64,000 nt of DNA, taken from NCBI GenBank assembly GCA_035572035.1, contig DATNBH010000070.1, positions 37,813 to 101,812 on the forward strand. The letters are read 5' to 3'. This document shows positions 21,081 through 30,910 of the stretch, one piece after another (the first letter of the stretch is position 1; every line of letters begins with the position of its first letter). Under the pieces are notes generated by a model. That model worked only from the letters and a program-made list of their open reading frames with translations. It was not told the DNA's origin and ran no database searches. Made by a program: the position numbers and the translations under genes. This DNA comes from Pyrinomonadaceae bacterium. Its GTDB lineage: Bacteria > Acidobacteriota > Blastocatellia > Pyrinomonadales > Pyrinomonadaceae.

Positions 21081-21390
21081 CAGTGCGCCAAGAAAAGGTA
21101 GGTAAGGCAAAAATGGTGAACTGAAGCCGTAGCCGATACCACAGGCTGGCCCTGTGGTGTTTCATGTTCACCGCTACAAAAACAGGCTGATCCATCGGTT
21201 CGCAAGAGGCTGCGGGCTCGCCCCGTGGTGTTTCACGGTTGCCGCTGCCGCCAACCTGAAGCCTGAACACTCCACGGGACGAGCCCGTGGCATCACCGAA
21301 AATCTCGGCCCGCCTCTGTTAGCGACCAACGTGAGTGACCACGGCGCCAGGCCGTGGCCTCAGTTTTAGCGACTACCTACTTTTTCTTGC
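21081..21390. mobile_element. MITE-like element, family D: 310 bp with terminal inverted repeats CAAGAAAAGGTAGGTAG and internal CCACGG..CCGTGG hairpins
   Basis: Left end GCGCCAAGAAAAGGTAGGTAAGG and right end AGCGACTACCTACTTTTTCTTG are inverted. Partial copies at 39224-39352 (inverted, about 85 bp near-identical) and 48994-49062. Confidence 0.6.
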
Positions 21391-21439
21391 CGTACTGGTT
21401 TCGACGCGTGAGGCGGCACGTGCGTCTCGCGCGTGATAC

Positions 21440-22873
21440 TTACTGCGGCGGGTCGGCTGGAGCAATTACGACGACGACGTTCTGAATGTCTGATTCCTCA
21501 GCTACGGTGAGCTTTTCTTTCATCAGATCGACTCCATTCCACCGGATCGATTTAGCCACGTACGCTTTCAGAGGCGAGGTGCTAACTTGAACCGTAAGCT
21601 CCCCGAGCGGAACGCCCAACATGCTGAAACTCCCATCGTTGTTAACGCGCGCGCCAGCCGGATTCTGACCATCCCTCTTTTGGGTAATTGCGGTGATCAT
21701 AATTGCGTTGGGCTTGTGGACCCCGTCGCCTTCGAGCGTTACCGTTCCCGAAATTCGGCCCCCTCGGGAAAGCTCAACTACCACATCCTTAATGTCAGTT
21801 TCGCCAACCGTCAATTCCTGATATTTATGGATGAACGGTTGTGGCGCCGGCGGAGCATTAGGAGGAAATGAAAATCCGCTAGTTCCAACTTGTAAGGTGT
21901 ATGTCCCGCTGGCGACATGGGAGAAGGACCAATGACCATTATCGTCGGAGCTCATAATATGGTCGTGTCCTGCCCCTCGTAGATTGACCAACACATTCGC
22001 CAGCGGCTTTCCGCTTTCTCGCATTCTTAATTGACCGGAAACTGTCGCCAGCTTGTGCACGTCGAGTGAGATGTTGATCGACGCAGTGTCTTGTCCCTGG
22101 AGCACGCTGACGGGCACAGCATCCTTAACGTCAGTAGCTGATATGTAGAAGACGGCGTTTGGTAGTTCGACCTCGCGAACATCATCCAGTAATTCTTTCT
22201 TGTCCAGGCCAATGGCCCGAACAAAATAATCACCAACGGGCAACGGTCCCACTCGGAATCCGCCATCGGGACCAGTGCGGATGGACTGAACCACGGTAAG
22301 TCCTTTATGCAGATGCCTCAGGATGCTGACAGAAGCATCCGGCACTGGAGTGGAGTTTGGACCAGTGACTTGACCCGAGATCATATTGCCGCGATGACGC
22401 GGGACCCGCACTTCGATTTGAATTGAGTTGTTCCCGTCGATCGTAATCTTAGGAAAGCCACGAGTGAACGCTTCGACGCGGGCAGCATCAAATTCCGCAT
22501 CGCCCATGTGAAACGGATAAGGAAATGACGGATGGCCGGGTGTGAATTCATATACCGGTTGAACTACGACGTAATACTCGCCTGCCGGTATTCCGCCAAA
22601 GCTGAAGCCGCCGCGTTCATTTGTGGTCATAGCGATCTTCGGCCTGACACTATTTGGCTCGAGCAGATGTACCAAAGCGTCAACCGCAGGCAGGCCGGTA
22701 TCTTCGAAAACTGCGCGGCCCCTGACTCTTGATTTACTCTGAACGAAAGGTTCAATAACCCCGCTGCCAGTGGCTGGCTTTGGATTCGGAGTAGTCTGAG
22801 CGTGTGAAGACAGGACCGATGCGGCAACGAATAGCATCGGAAAGGCTAGCTTGGCCAATTGAGAGCAGCACAT
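21440..22873 (-). CDS. Secreted protein with repeated carboxypeptidase-regulatory-like (CarboxypepD_reg) beta-sandwich domains
   Basis: Signal peptide; recurring GxISGxVT / VGDYFVRA beta-sandwich motifs. Confidence 0.65.
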   Translation of the reverse strand: MCCSQLAKLAFPMLFVAASVLSSHAQTTPNPKPATGSGVIEPFVQSKSRVRGRAVFEDTGLPAVDALVHLLEPNSVRPKIAMTTNERGGFSFGGIPAGEYYVVVQPVYEFTPGHPSFPYPFHMGDAEFDAARVEAFTRGFPKITIDGNNSIQIEVRVPRHRGNMISGQVTGPNSTPVPDASVSILRHLHKGLTVVQSIRTGPDGGFRVGPLPVGDYFVRAIGLDKKELLDDVREVELPNAVFYISATDVKDAVPVSVLQGQDTASINISLDVHKLATVSGQLRMRESGKPLANVLVNLRGAGHDHIMSSDDNGHWSFSHVASGTYTLQVGTSGFSFPPNAPPAPQPFIHKYQELTVGETDIKDVVVELSRGGRISGTVTLEGDGVHKPNAIMITAITQKRDGQNPAGARVNNDGSFSMLGVPLGELTVQVSTSPLKAYVAKSIRWNGVDLMKEKLTVAEESDIQNVVVVIAPADPPQ

Positions 22874-22914
22874 AACGAGTGCTCCTAACGAGTGCTCCTA
22901 ACGAGTGTCCTGGC
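22874..22914. repeat. Tandem 13-mer (AACGAGTGCTCCT)x3 in the 5' leader
   Basis: Seen directly. Confidence 0.6.
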
Positions 22915-22940
22915 GGTGCACTCGCGACGATAAGATTTAG

Positions 22941-23780
22941 TTACTGCGACGATTTGACGCTGAGCGGCTTACCTCCGTTGTCGCCGCTGCGAATCCCTGT
23001 CTGATCCATAAAAAAAGACAACGTTCCGGTGCGGCCGTATTGGGCCGGTTCAGCGTTCGCCGTAAACGACTTTGCGTCCTTGCCGAGATTAACGCGAAAG
23101 CGGTAGCCCGTCGACTCGGTTCCTTCAACATCTTTCGGCACTAACCCGGCTCCGGTCAGCGCCGTCAACTCGCCGTAAAGTCCGCTGTGCTGCTGCGCAT
23201 AAATCAATTCCGCAACGCTGATTCGCTGCAGCATCGTGGTCACTTCCTGATGGTGAGTATCGATGCGCGCTTTGAAAAAGAAGTTGTTGCCGCTCTTCTT
23301 TACAGCGTCCTGATTTTCCTTGTCGCCAACGATCCAAACGCCATTGACGCGCAGCAATGGCACGGGTTCGAGCTGCCCTTCGGTGCCATCAGCCCCGGGA
23401 ACTTTGACAAAGACTGAAGCAGTGTCGCCACTAACTTGTTCACCGTTAATCTCAACATTGTCGGGGATGGCCGCAGCCATGTTGTCAAAGTCAGGCCGCA
23501 AGTCTTCGAGTTGCTCGGGCTTCAAGCCGTCGATCGCGGCTTTGTAAATCGAAAGTGCAAAAGCCTCGCGAAATCTCTTATCGCGCATGGCTTTGTAAAA
23601 CTCGCGCACGGTATCTGAAGGCGTGCGAGCGGGGGTTTGTGCAAACGCAATGGCGCCTCCGAAGCTCGCTAAAATCATGATAAGAAGCAAACGCGCAAAT
23701 AACCTTGAACAAACAACCACGGGAAATCCTCCAGTAAAAATGCTGAGGCGCGTCCCAACCTGAGCGGCGCGCCTCATAAT
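22941..23780 (-). CDS. Hypothetical secreted protein
   Basis: Signal peptide LLIMILASFGGAIAFAQ; start moved to MRRAAQ to avoid overlap with the OPT gene. Confidence 0.5.
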   Translation of the reverse strand: MMRRAAQVGTRLSIFTGGFPVVVCSRLFARLLLIMILASFGGAIAFAQTPARTPSDTVREFYKAMRDKRFREAFALSIYKAAIDGLKPEQLEDLRPDFDNMAAAIPDNVEINGEQVSGDTASVFVKVPGADGTEGQLEPVPLLRVNGVWIVGDKENQDAVKKSGNNFFFKARIDTHHQEVTTMLQRISVAELIYAQQHSGLYGELTALTGAGLVPKDVEGTESTGYRFRVNLGKDAKSFTANAEPAQYGRTGTLSFFMDQTGIRSGDNGGKPLSVKSSQ

Positions 23781-23832
23781 CTTACAACCATTAATTACCG
23801 CGTGCGAAGTCGTCTCCGCAGAGATGAAGAGG

Positions 23833-26202
23833 CTATTCCCTCTTTGGTATGTAAGTAGTGGGTTTGAGCAACAGCTCTCTGCCAACCACATACAACAGAA
23901 TAGTAATGAGTATGAATGGAATCAGGCCCAACAAATCAGAATAGGCGCCGTTAAAGAATGGGTTGTGCTCATTAGCCCAGTGTTCCCACCCATTCAATTT
24001 GGCTTTGATCCCCTCTCGCAAATTCAGAAAAGCGTAGACCACGCCGGCCAGCGTGGCTCCGGCAATGTAGCCTGAAGCGAGCAATACACCCGGACTCTTA
24101 TCGCCTTCAGCGGCCAATTTCTCTTCCGTCAGGCCCTGATTCTCAGGCCGGCTCTTCGTGTATTTGTCGATCAGCCAACGTATCATTCCGCCTACGAAGA
24201 TGGGAGCGGAAGTCGAGATCGCCAGATACACTCCGACTGCGAAGGCCAGCGAGGGGATGCCGCTCAACTCCAACACAATAGCGATCATTACACCCAATAA
24301 GACCAGGCCCCAGGGCAACTCGCGACTCAGAATTCCCTTAATGATGTAAGACATCAGGGTGGCTTTAGGAGCGGTAAACTTCGCCACGCTCTGCCCGGTG
24401 TCCGGACGCTTATCGTAGACACCGTTGATGCCGGGATCGGACAGGTAAACAGGAACACCTTGATCATTCACAAGGTATCTGCCCGCCGGTCCGAATTCAG
24501 TCGTCGTCTTGTGCCAAACGAAATACTGGGTCGTGTCCGGAGTACCTAGAGCACTTTCTCGCTTGGGCTGGCTGCCGGATTTTTCATAGTCCAGCGGGTT
24601 AGCCTTGAAGTCTCCAAACTTGAAATCCTTGTTCTGAGCCACGGGCACATAGACAGTCCCTGACTGATTAAGCTGGAGCAGGATTGGTCCAAGTACGAGT
24701 GCCGAAGCGAGGGCGCCGACCAGGATTGCTATCTGTTGATACTTGGGTGTCGAACCTACCAGAAACCCCGTCTTCAGATCCTGTGAAGTGGTGCCACCAT
24801 TCGAAGCGGCGATACAAACGATGCCGCCAATCGAAAGCGCCGTTACAAAATAAGGCGGCGCAGTCCAACCAATCAGAAGAAAAGCCAGGCAGGTAAGCAG
24901 TAATGTAGCGACCGTCATACCCGAAATTGGATTTGACGAAGAACCAACTTCGCCAGTAAGCCGCGATGACACAGTGACGAACAAGAACCCGAACACCACG
25001 ATTAAGAGCGCACCCAAAATGTTGAAGCGAAGATTCAGTTGGGGAGCCATCATGATCGCGATCAGCAAAGCGACGATGCCGCCGATGACCCACTTCATCG
25101 ACAAATCCTGATCTGTACGCGGAGCATTAGCAGCTGCAGCTTTGCTGCCAACCAGATCAGCAAGGCCACCCTTTAACCCGCTCCAAATTACTGGCAGAGA
25201 TCTAAAGAGGCTGATAATGCCACCAGCCGCTACAGCGCCGGCGCCTATGTAAAGGACGTATCCTTTCTGAATCTGTGAGACGGTCATGTCCTTGATCAAA
25301 TGCGTCGTCTCAGGAGCGAGTGGAGTCATCCAGCCGCCACCGAAATATTTGATTGCCGGAATCAGAACCAGGAACGACAACACACCTCCACCGAACATGA
25401 TCCCGGCGATTCGAGGCCCGATGATGTAACCTACTCCGAGCAAGGCCGGATTATTCTCAATTGAGACCGATGCCGCTTCGAAAGGCTTTCCAAATTCCTT
25501 GGTGGGATATTCTTTCCAGGTTTTCCAAACTAGTTCTAAGCCGTAATAAATAAAGCCCAGACCAAATCCGGCAATGATAGTTTTGCCGCCGGTCGTCGCT
25601 TCATCGGATCTGGCCGATTCGTTGCCCAGCCTCGCCGCTGCTCGGGATTCATCAGAAGCTCCGGCTTTCAATACCTCTGCACAGGCTGTTCCCTCGGGGT
25701 ACTTCAAGTATCCATGCTGGGCCACGATCAGAGCGCGGCGCAGCGGAATCATCATCAGAATTCCCAGCAGGCCGCCCAATACAGCCACCAACATGACGCG
25801 GGCGAAATCCAAATCAAAACCAAGGATCATGATCGCGGGCATCGTTACGCCCAGACCGAAGGCAATTGACTCGCCTGCCGAGCCGGCTGTCTGCACGATA
25901 TTGTTCTCGAGGATGGTTGCATCGCGCAGACCAAACTTAGAGAGAACTCGAAAGATGGTGATTGAAATAACCGCAACCGGAATGGAGGCGCTAACAGTTA
26001 GTCCAACTTTGAGAACCAGGTAAAGAGATGAAGCTCCAAAAACTATCCCCAGTAGCGTGCCTACGATCAAAGGCAACACCGTCAACTCCCTCAAATTCGC
26101 TTCCGGCGGAATGTAAGGACGAAAATCCTCCAAATATGGATTGTCAGGTTTGAATCCGACTTTGTCCGGATACTCGACCGCAGGGATGCTTTCAGAAGAC
26201 AT
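23833..26202 (-). CDS. OPT-family oligopeptide transporter
   Basis: Long polytopic membrane protein with OPT family N-terminus (VLPLIVGTLLGIVFGASSLYL...); GGAGG RBS. Confidence 0.85.
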   Translation of the reverse strand: MSSESIPAVEYPDKVGFKPDNPYLEDFRPYIPPEANLRELTVLPLIVGTLLGIVFGASSLYLVLKVGLTVSASIPVAVISITIFRVLSKFGLRDATILENNIVQTAGSAGESIAFGLGVTMPAIMILGFDLDFARVMLVAVLGGLLGILMMIPLRRALIVAQHGYLKYPEGTACAEVLKAGASDESRAAARLGNESARSDEATTGGKTIIAGFGLGFIYYGLELVWKTWKEYPTKEFGKPFEAASVSIENNPALLGVGYIIGPRIAGIMFGGGVLSFLVLIPAIKYFGGGWMTPLAPETTHLIKDMTVSQIQKGYVLYIGAGAVAAGGIISLFRSLPVIWSGLKGGLADLVGSKAAAANAPRTDQDLSMKWVIGGIVALLIAIMMAPQLNLRFNILGALLIVVFGFLFVTVSSRLTGEVGSSSNPISGMTVATLLLTCLAFLLIGWTAPPYFVTALSIGGIVCIAASNGGTTSQDLKTGFLVGSTPKYQQIAILVGALASALVLGPILLQLNQSGTVYVPVAQNKDFKFGDFKANPLDYEKSGSQPKRESALGTPDTTQYFVWHKTTTEFGPAGRYLVNDQGVPVYLSDPGINGVYDKRPDTGQSVAKFTAPKATLMSYIIKGILSRELPWGLVLLGVMIAIVLELSGIPSLAFAVGVYLAISTSAPIFVGGMIRWLIDKYTKSRPENQGLTEEKLAAEGDKSPGVLLASGYIAGATLAGVVYAFLNLREGIKAKLNGWEHWANEHNPFFNGAYSDLLGLIPFILITILLYVVGRELLLKPTTYIPKRE

Positions 26203-26380
26203 CTGGTGACCTCCGACAGAATGTTTTATACAGGGAGAGCGCGGGGTTGCGTAATCGTCGCTTACTTTACACGGGCGAGCCTAAACAGGGCAAGCAATCT
26301 CTCAGGGCTTTCCAGATCACTTTTCTGCGCCTTAAACTAAGCTGCCGTTCCACTTTTTCGTAAATCAATCACTTGGCCCA

Positions 26381-27469
26381 ATGCGTCCGCTGATTACTTC
26401 ACTCGTTTTTTTTGGCTGCCTGGTAGCAGGTCAGCAGAGTCTAACGAAACCGGCGAACATTGCCGTTGCGATACCCGTAGCCTCAGCCACAGAAACAAAC
26501 CAAAGAATCAAAAAAGTACTGATTGCTTCCAACCGTCTTTGGATTCTGTACCTGAACGGAAAGCTTAGCTCGCTCGATTTGAAGGGTGGCGACCCGCAAG
26601 AGGTTGCCCCCGACAAGTTCGTCTTCGATATCTATCGGAGTTTCGCAAACCAACTGTACTGCCTTGGCTCCGTGAGCGAGGCCTCAACTCAATTGAGTGT
26701 TTGGCAAAAAACTGATAACGCCTGGTCTCCGATCGGAAAGATCGAAAGAGGCCGGCAGAACTGGGTTTTGGGCTTAAGAGAATATCGCGACAGCTTGTTG
26801 ATTCTGACTCAGAATAGAATCTACATTCAGAAAGGGCTCGCCGACTGGCGCTCGGTAGCTCTCAAAGGAGAATTGAAGGCTTCATACCAAACTCCCTTTG
26901 CAGTAACCGACACCGGTCTCGTTTATGTTGGAGTCAATCTTGGCGAGTGGGGCGGTGGGCTCTTACAAGCCAGTATCGAGACCGGTCTGGTGACAAAAAT
27001 AGAGCGGCGAGATACACCGAAGTTATGTGACGGACCCTTGAATTCTGATTGCGATCCGGTGACCGGAGTAATTCGAGACCCCGAAAACTCCGCTTGTGTA
27101 TTAGCGAGCATTGGCCTCCGTCATTTTCTTGAAAGGGGCAGGCTTCTTCGCGTCTGTGACAAGACGGTCTCGGTAGTTTTTGAGAAGTCTTACGACGACG
27201 AATCGGTGAACACTAAAAAGGAGGTCATGGGAACTGAGGCCATTTTTGATTTGGTCGCTGGGAGCGAAGATTATTGGGCTGTCACCGGCCGCGGAATCTA
27301 TCATTTTAAGGCTGGCACTGAACCAACCTTTCAAACGGTCCCAGCGTTAGTGAGACGTTCCGGCATAAGTATGAGCGACGCCATTCCTAACATCATCGTT
27401 GTAGCTACCGACATAAACTGGGCTATGTCAGTCAGCGGTTACACACCATTGATAGCAGTGAAGAATTGA
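26381..27469 (+). CDS. Hypothetical secreted protein
   Basis: Signal peptide; no recognisable motifs. Confidence 0.5.
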   Translation: MRPLITSLVFFGCLVAGQQSLTKPANIAVAIPVASATETNQRIKKVLIASNRLWILYLNGKLSSLDLKGGDPQEVAPDKFVFDIYRSFANQLYCLGSVSEASTQLSVWQKTDNAWSPIGKIERGRQNWVLGLREYRDSLLILTQNRIYIQKGLADWRSVALKGELKASYQTPFAVTDTGLVYVGVNLGEWGGGLLQASIETGLVTKIERRDTPKLCDGPLNSDCDPVTGVIRDPENSACVLASIGLRHFLERGRLLRVCDKTVSVVFEKSYDDESVNTKKEVMGTEAIFDLVAGSEDYWAVTGRGIYHFKAGTEPTFQTVPALVRRSGISMSDAIPNIIVVATDINWAMSVSGYTPLIAVKN

Positions 27470-27506
27470 TTGCTACTGCCGGCTCAACTAAGCCAAAGCT
27501 AAATTA

Positions 27507-29948
27507 ATGAGAACATCACGTCTAACCAACTTGCTTATTGTCGTTTTGTTGGCTCAGCTTTGTCAGTCAACTTCACTCGTTAATGCGCGACCAGAAACGG
27601 ACGCTACTCGCGCGCCGATTGTGCAGGCATCGATCCCTGCGCCTGAAGATGTGCTCGGGTTTCGACCAGGCGACGATCGTAAGCTCGCCAGCTGGAGCAG
27701 CATTGTCGACTATTTCAAGAAGCTTGCGTCAGCCAGCGACAGAGTGACTTTTACTGAACTGGGAAAAACCACGATGGGTCGCCCGTTCGTGGCAGCAACG
27801 ATCAGCGCGCCCGAAAATCTGGCTCATCTCGACGAGTATCAACGAATCCAGTCGCAACTAGCCGACCCGAGAAAACTGGCCGGCTACTCTGCGAAGAGAA
27901 TCGCGCAGCTGATCTCGCGAGGTAAGACCGTTGTGCTAATCACCTGCGGCATTCACTCAACCGAAGTCGGCTCGACTCTTTCCAGCACTTTGATCGCGCA
28001 CAGGCTGGCTTCATCAAACGAACCTGAGATTCAGGAGATTCTGCGCCACACCATCATCTTGTTGGTGCCCTCGCTTAATCCCGACGGCGTCGACATCGTT
28101 AAGAACTGGTACGACAAAACCCTGAACACGCCATACGAAGGTACTGATCCACCGGAGCTCTATCACAAATACACGGGTCACGATAACAATCGCGACTGGT
28201 ACGCGTTCTCTCAAGTCGAAACGCGGTTGACGGTCGAGAAGCTTCATAACGCGTGGCATCCACAAATCGTGCACGACATTCATCAGCAAGGCGCGTTCGG
28301 CTCGAGACTGTTTTTGCCGCCTTACATGAAGCCAGTCGAGCCCAACGTCCCAAGACAGATCGTCGAGGGCTACACAGAACTGGGAAACTACATGGCTCGC
28401 GAAATGAGGGCCACAGGATTTCAGGGCATCACCACCGATTCGACTTACGACGCGTGGACACCAGCGCGCGCGTATTCTCACTATCACGGAGGCGTGCGCA
28501 TCCTGTCGGAAACGGCGTCGTGTCGGCTGGCCACGCCAATCAAAATCAAGTTCGACGAATTGACCTCTCGTGAAGGCTATGACCCCAGGAAGGAAACGCC
28601 AAACTTTGGACCCGTTTGGCGAGGTGGAGAATGGCGCTTGCGAGACATTACCAGCAACATGACTACAGCTGCTTTCTTTTTGCTGAAGCACGCAGCTCAG
28701 CATCGTGAAGCCTGGCTGCAACGCTTTTATGCCATCGGGAAAGAAGCTGTGCGACCAAGAAAGCCAGCCGAGTTGAATGCGATCCTGGTGTTACCGTCCG
28801 CTTCTGAGCAAAGATACACAGCTACGCTTGGCTCAAAAGCTTCTGATGAGTTGTTGGGAATACTTGAGATGGCAGATGTTGAAGTCGAACCGGCCCGCCG
28901 TCTGGTAATCAATGGGAAACCATATCCCGAGGGCACGGAAGTGATTCGCATGAATCAACCATATGGAGCTTTCGCCAAAGCCTTGCTCGAAGCGCAGCAT
29001 TATCCAGACCTGAGAGACGCGGCAGGTCATCCGATCGCACCCTACGACGTCACGGCCCATACGCTTTCGTTGCTGATGGGGGTCGAAGTCAAAACACAGT
29101 ACGCGCCGTTTAAGTTCGTGAAGGCACGCCAGGTCACAGGGGGCAAGAATGGCGGCTGCGGCGATGCAGGCACGCCGGTGCGCGCGATTTATCGATCTCA
29201 GGTGCCGGCGATGGATGAAGGCTGGACGAGATCAATTCTCGACAAACAGGGCTGCACTAACTACGCGACGATTGAAGATCGCGAAGTCCGCGCCGGGAAC
29301 CTGCGAGCAAAGTACGAAACGATTCTTATTCCCGATCAGCAAGCTCGCGTTATTCTCAATGGACACCGTTCTGGAGCAATGCCGCCCGAGTATACCGGTG
29401 GACTTGGCGACAAAGGTGTGAAGGCGTTGCGAGAGTTTGTCGAAGCGGGAGGCAGACTTGTTTTACTGAATCGCGCTTCAGACTTCGCCATCGAGCAATT
29501 CAAACTTCCAATTAAGAACGTTACTGCGGGCTTGCCTCGAACGGATTACTATGTGCCTGGGTCGATTTTGCGGATTGAGCTTGATACCAGCAACCCACTT
29601 GCATCGGGAATGCCCAAAGAATCAATTGCCTGGGCTGAAGATTCGCCGGTGTTTGAGGTAACGGGCGGTGGCACGGGCGGTGGCACGGGCGTCCCGCCCG
29701 TGAACAGCCGAGCTAGCCCAAACATCGGCGCGCCGGCGATGCCACAAGTGAGTGTGGTCGCGTGGTATCCGAAAGACAGAGATCCGCTGTTATCTGGTTG
29801 GCTGCTTGGCGGCAACCGGCTAAGAGGAAAAGCAGCCCTGGTGGAAGTCAAGCTCGGTCAAGGAAGAATCATTTTGTTTGGTTTTCGACCGCAGTATCGT
29901 GCTCAATCACTGGCGACCTATCCGTTGTTCTTTAACGCTTTTATCTAA
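27507..29948 (+). CDS. Secreted M14-family zinc carboxypeptidase with C-terminal glutamine-amidotransferase-like (DJ-1/PfpI-like) domain
   Basis: Signal peptide; Zn ligands HSTE and a downstream His; C-terminal class-I GATase-like fold motif. Confidence 0.75.
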   Translation: MRTSRLTNLLIVVLLAQLCQSTSLVNARPETDATRAPIVQASIPAPEDVLGFRPGDDRKLASWSSIVDYFKKLASASDRVTFTELGKTTMGRPFVAATISAPENLAHLDEYQRIQSQLADPRKLAGYSAKRIAQLISRGKTVVLITCGIHSTEVGSTLSSTLIAHRLASSNEPEIQEILRHTIILLVPSLNPDGVDIVKNWYDKTLNTPYEGTDPPELYHKYTGHDNNRDWYAFSQVETRLTVEKLHNAWHPQIVHDIHQQGAFGSRLFLPPYMKPVEPNVPRQIVEGYTELGNYMAREMRATGFQGITTDSTYDAWTPARAYSHYHGGVRILSETASCRLATPIKIKFDELTSREGYDPRKETPNFGPVWRGGEWRLRDITSNMTTAAFFLLKHAAQHREAWLQRFYAIGKEAVRPRKPAELNAILVLPSASEQRYTATLGSKASDELLGILEMADVEVEPARRLVINGKPYPEGTEVIRMNQPYGAFAKALLEAQHYPDLRDAAGHPIAPYDVTAHTLSLLMGVEVKTQYAPFKFVKARQVTGGKNGGCGDAGTPVRAIYRSQVPAMDEGWTRSILDKQGCTNYATIEDREVRAGNLRAKYETILIPDQQARVILNGHRSGAMPPEYTGGLGDKGVKALREFVEAGGRLVLLNRASDFAIEQFKLPIKNVTAGLPRTDYYVPGSILRIELDTSNPLASGMPKESIAWAEDSPVFEVTGGGTGGGTGVPPVNSRASPNIGAPAMPQVSVVAWYPKDRDPLLSGWLLGGNRLRGKAALVEVKLGQGRIILFGFRPQYRAQSLATYPLFFNAFI

Positions 29949-29952
29949 CGAC

Positions 29953-30098
29953 TTTGGAGTGCGCCGACCTGTCGGCGCTTTGTTCCGTGGCGGCTTGACG
30001 CTACCCGGTTCTGTAATGTCGGCCATTTTTCGCAGGATCAGCTGCGACAGGTCGCAGCGGCCAAAGCGACGACAGGTCGTCGCACTCCAAATTAGTGC
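29953..30098. mobile_element. MITE-like element, family G (TIR TTGGAGTGCGCCGACCTGTCG)
   Basis: Inverted ends. A second copy at 51433-51575 shares about 60 bp of near-identity. Confidence 0.55.
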
Positions 30099-30179
30099 AA
30101 CTTGAACCTTCTTCCGAGCCCACGCGTATAATGAAGCGCACGGCGAACGGATGATTCGAATAACCGTCGTCAGGCCTGA

Positions 30180-30869
30180 ATGGTCACCCTTCTCTTTACT
30201 TCATTAATTATCCTGGCTTTCCTGGTTGTCGCAGTTTATTTCTGGCAAAAGCCTGCCAATCAATCAAAACTCGAAGCATTTGATGATTTTGTCCCTCTGC
30301 CGCAAGGCACAGAGCCTGCCAGTCTCTTTGAAGCAAGCGATTCAGACCAGAAACTACTCGCCACGGCGAGCCTCGCTTCCGAACGTGACGCACTCTTAAA
30401 AAGGGCCGCGGCTGGTGATAACACTGCCGTCGATGACGCCAATAAGAACTTTGATCGAAAAGTCTATGATGAGATACTGGCAGAGCTAACGAAATACGCG
30501 GACTCCGACGCCAAGCTTTTAGCCTTATTAACTCATGTGACACGCAATGAATTGCCCGTTAGCTTGCAATTGGCGCAAGCTGCGATTAGATCCTGGGAGA
30601 GCTCACCCGACCGGGGTTCGACGCCTCGGACATTGCACATTACTGCGCTTGCGGATGATGCCAAACTTTATCAAGAGGTCGTCGAATCCGCTTTGAAGTT
30701 TTGGCGAGCAGGGTCGCTGACCGGCGTGTCAGCCATGGAGTTGCGTTCCCTGCTCGATGGCGAGTTCTGGGTGCTTTCCAACAACACAAGAAGTTCTGGA
30801 GCCGGCTTCATTATGAAGCATGCCCTCGCAAAAGCTCGCCGCGAATTAGAAGCCGCGGCGCGCAACTAA
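30180..30869 (+). CDS. N-terminally membrane-anchored hypothetical protein upstream of the flotillin gene
   Basis: One TM helix followed by a soluble helical domain. Confidence 0.5.
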   Translation: MVTLLFTSLIILAFLVVAVYFWQKPANQSKLEAFDDFVPLPQGTEPASLFEASDSDQKLLATASLASERDALLKRAAAGDNTAVDDANKNFDRKVYDEILAELTKYADSDAKLLALLTHVTRNELPVSLQLAQAAIRSWESSPDRGSTPRTLHITALADDAKLYQEVVESALKFWRAGSLTGVSAMELRSLLDGEFWVLSNNTRSSGAGFIMKHALAKARRELEAAARN

Positions 30870-30910
30870 TGACCTGCTTCTCCCGTCCGCTGAAAGGTGA
30901 GGTTTAAATC

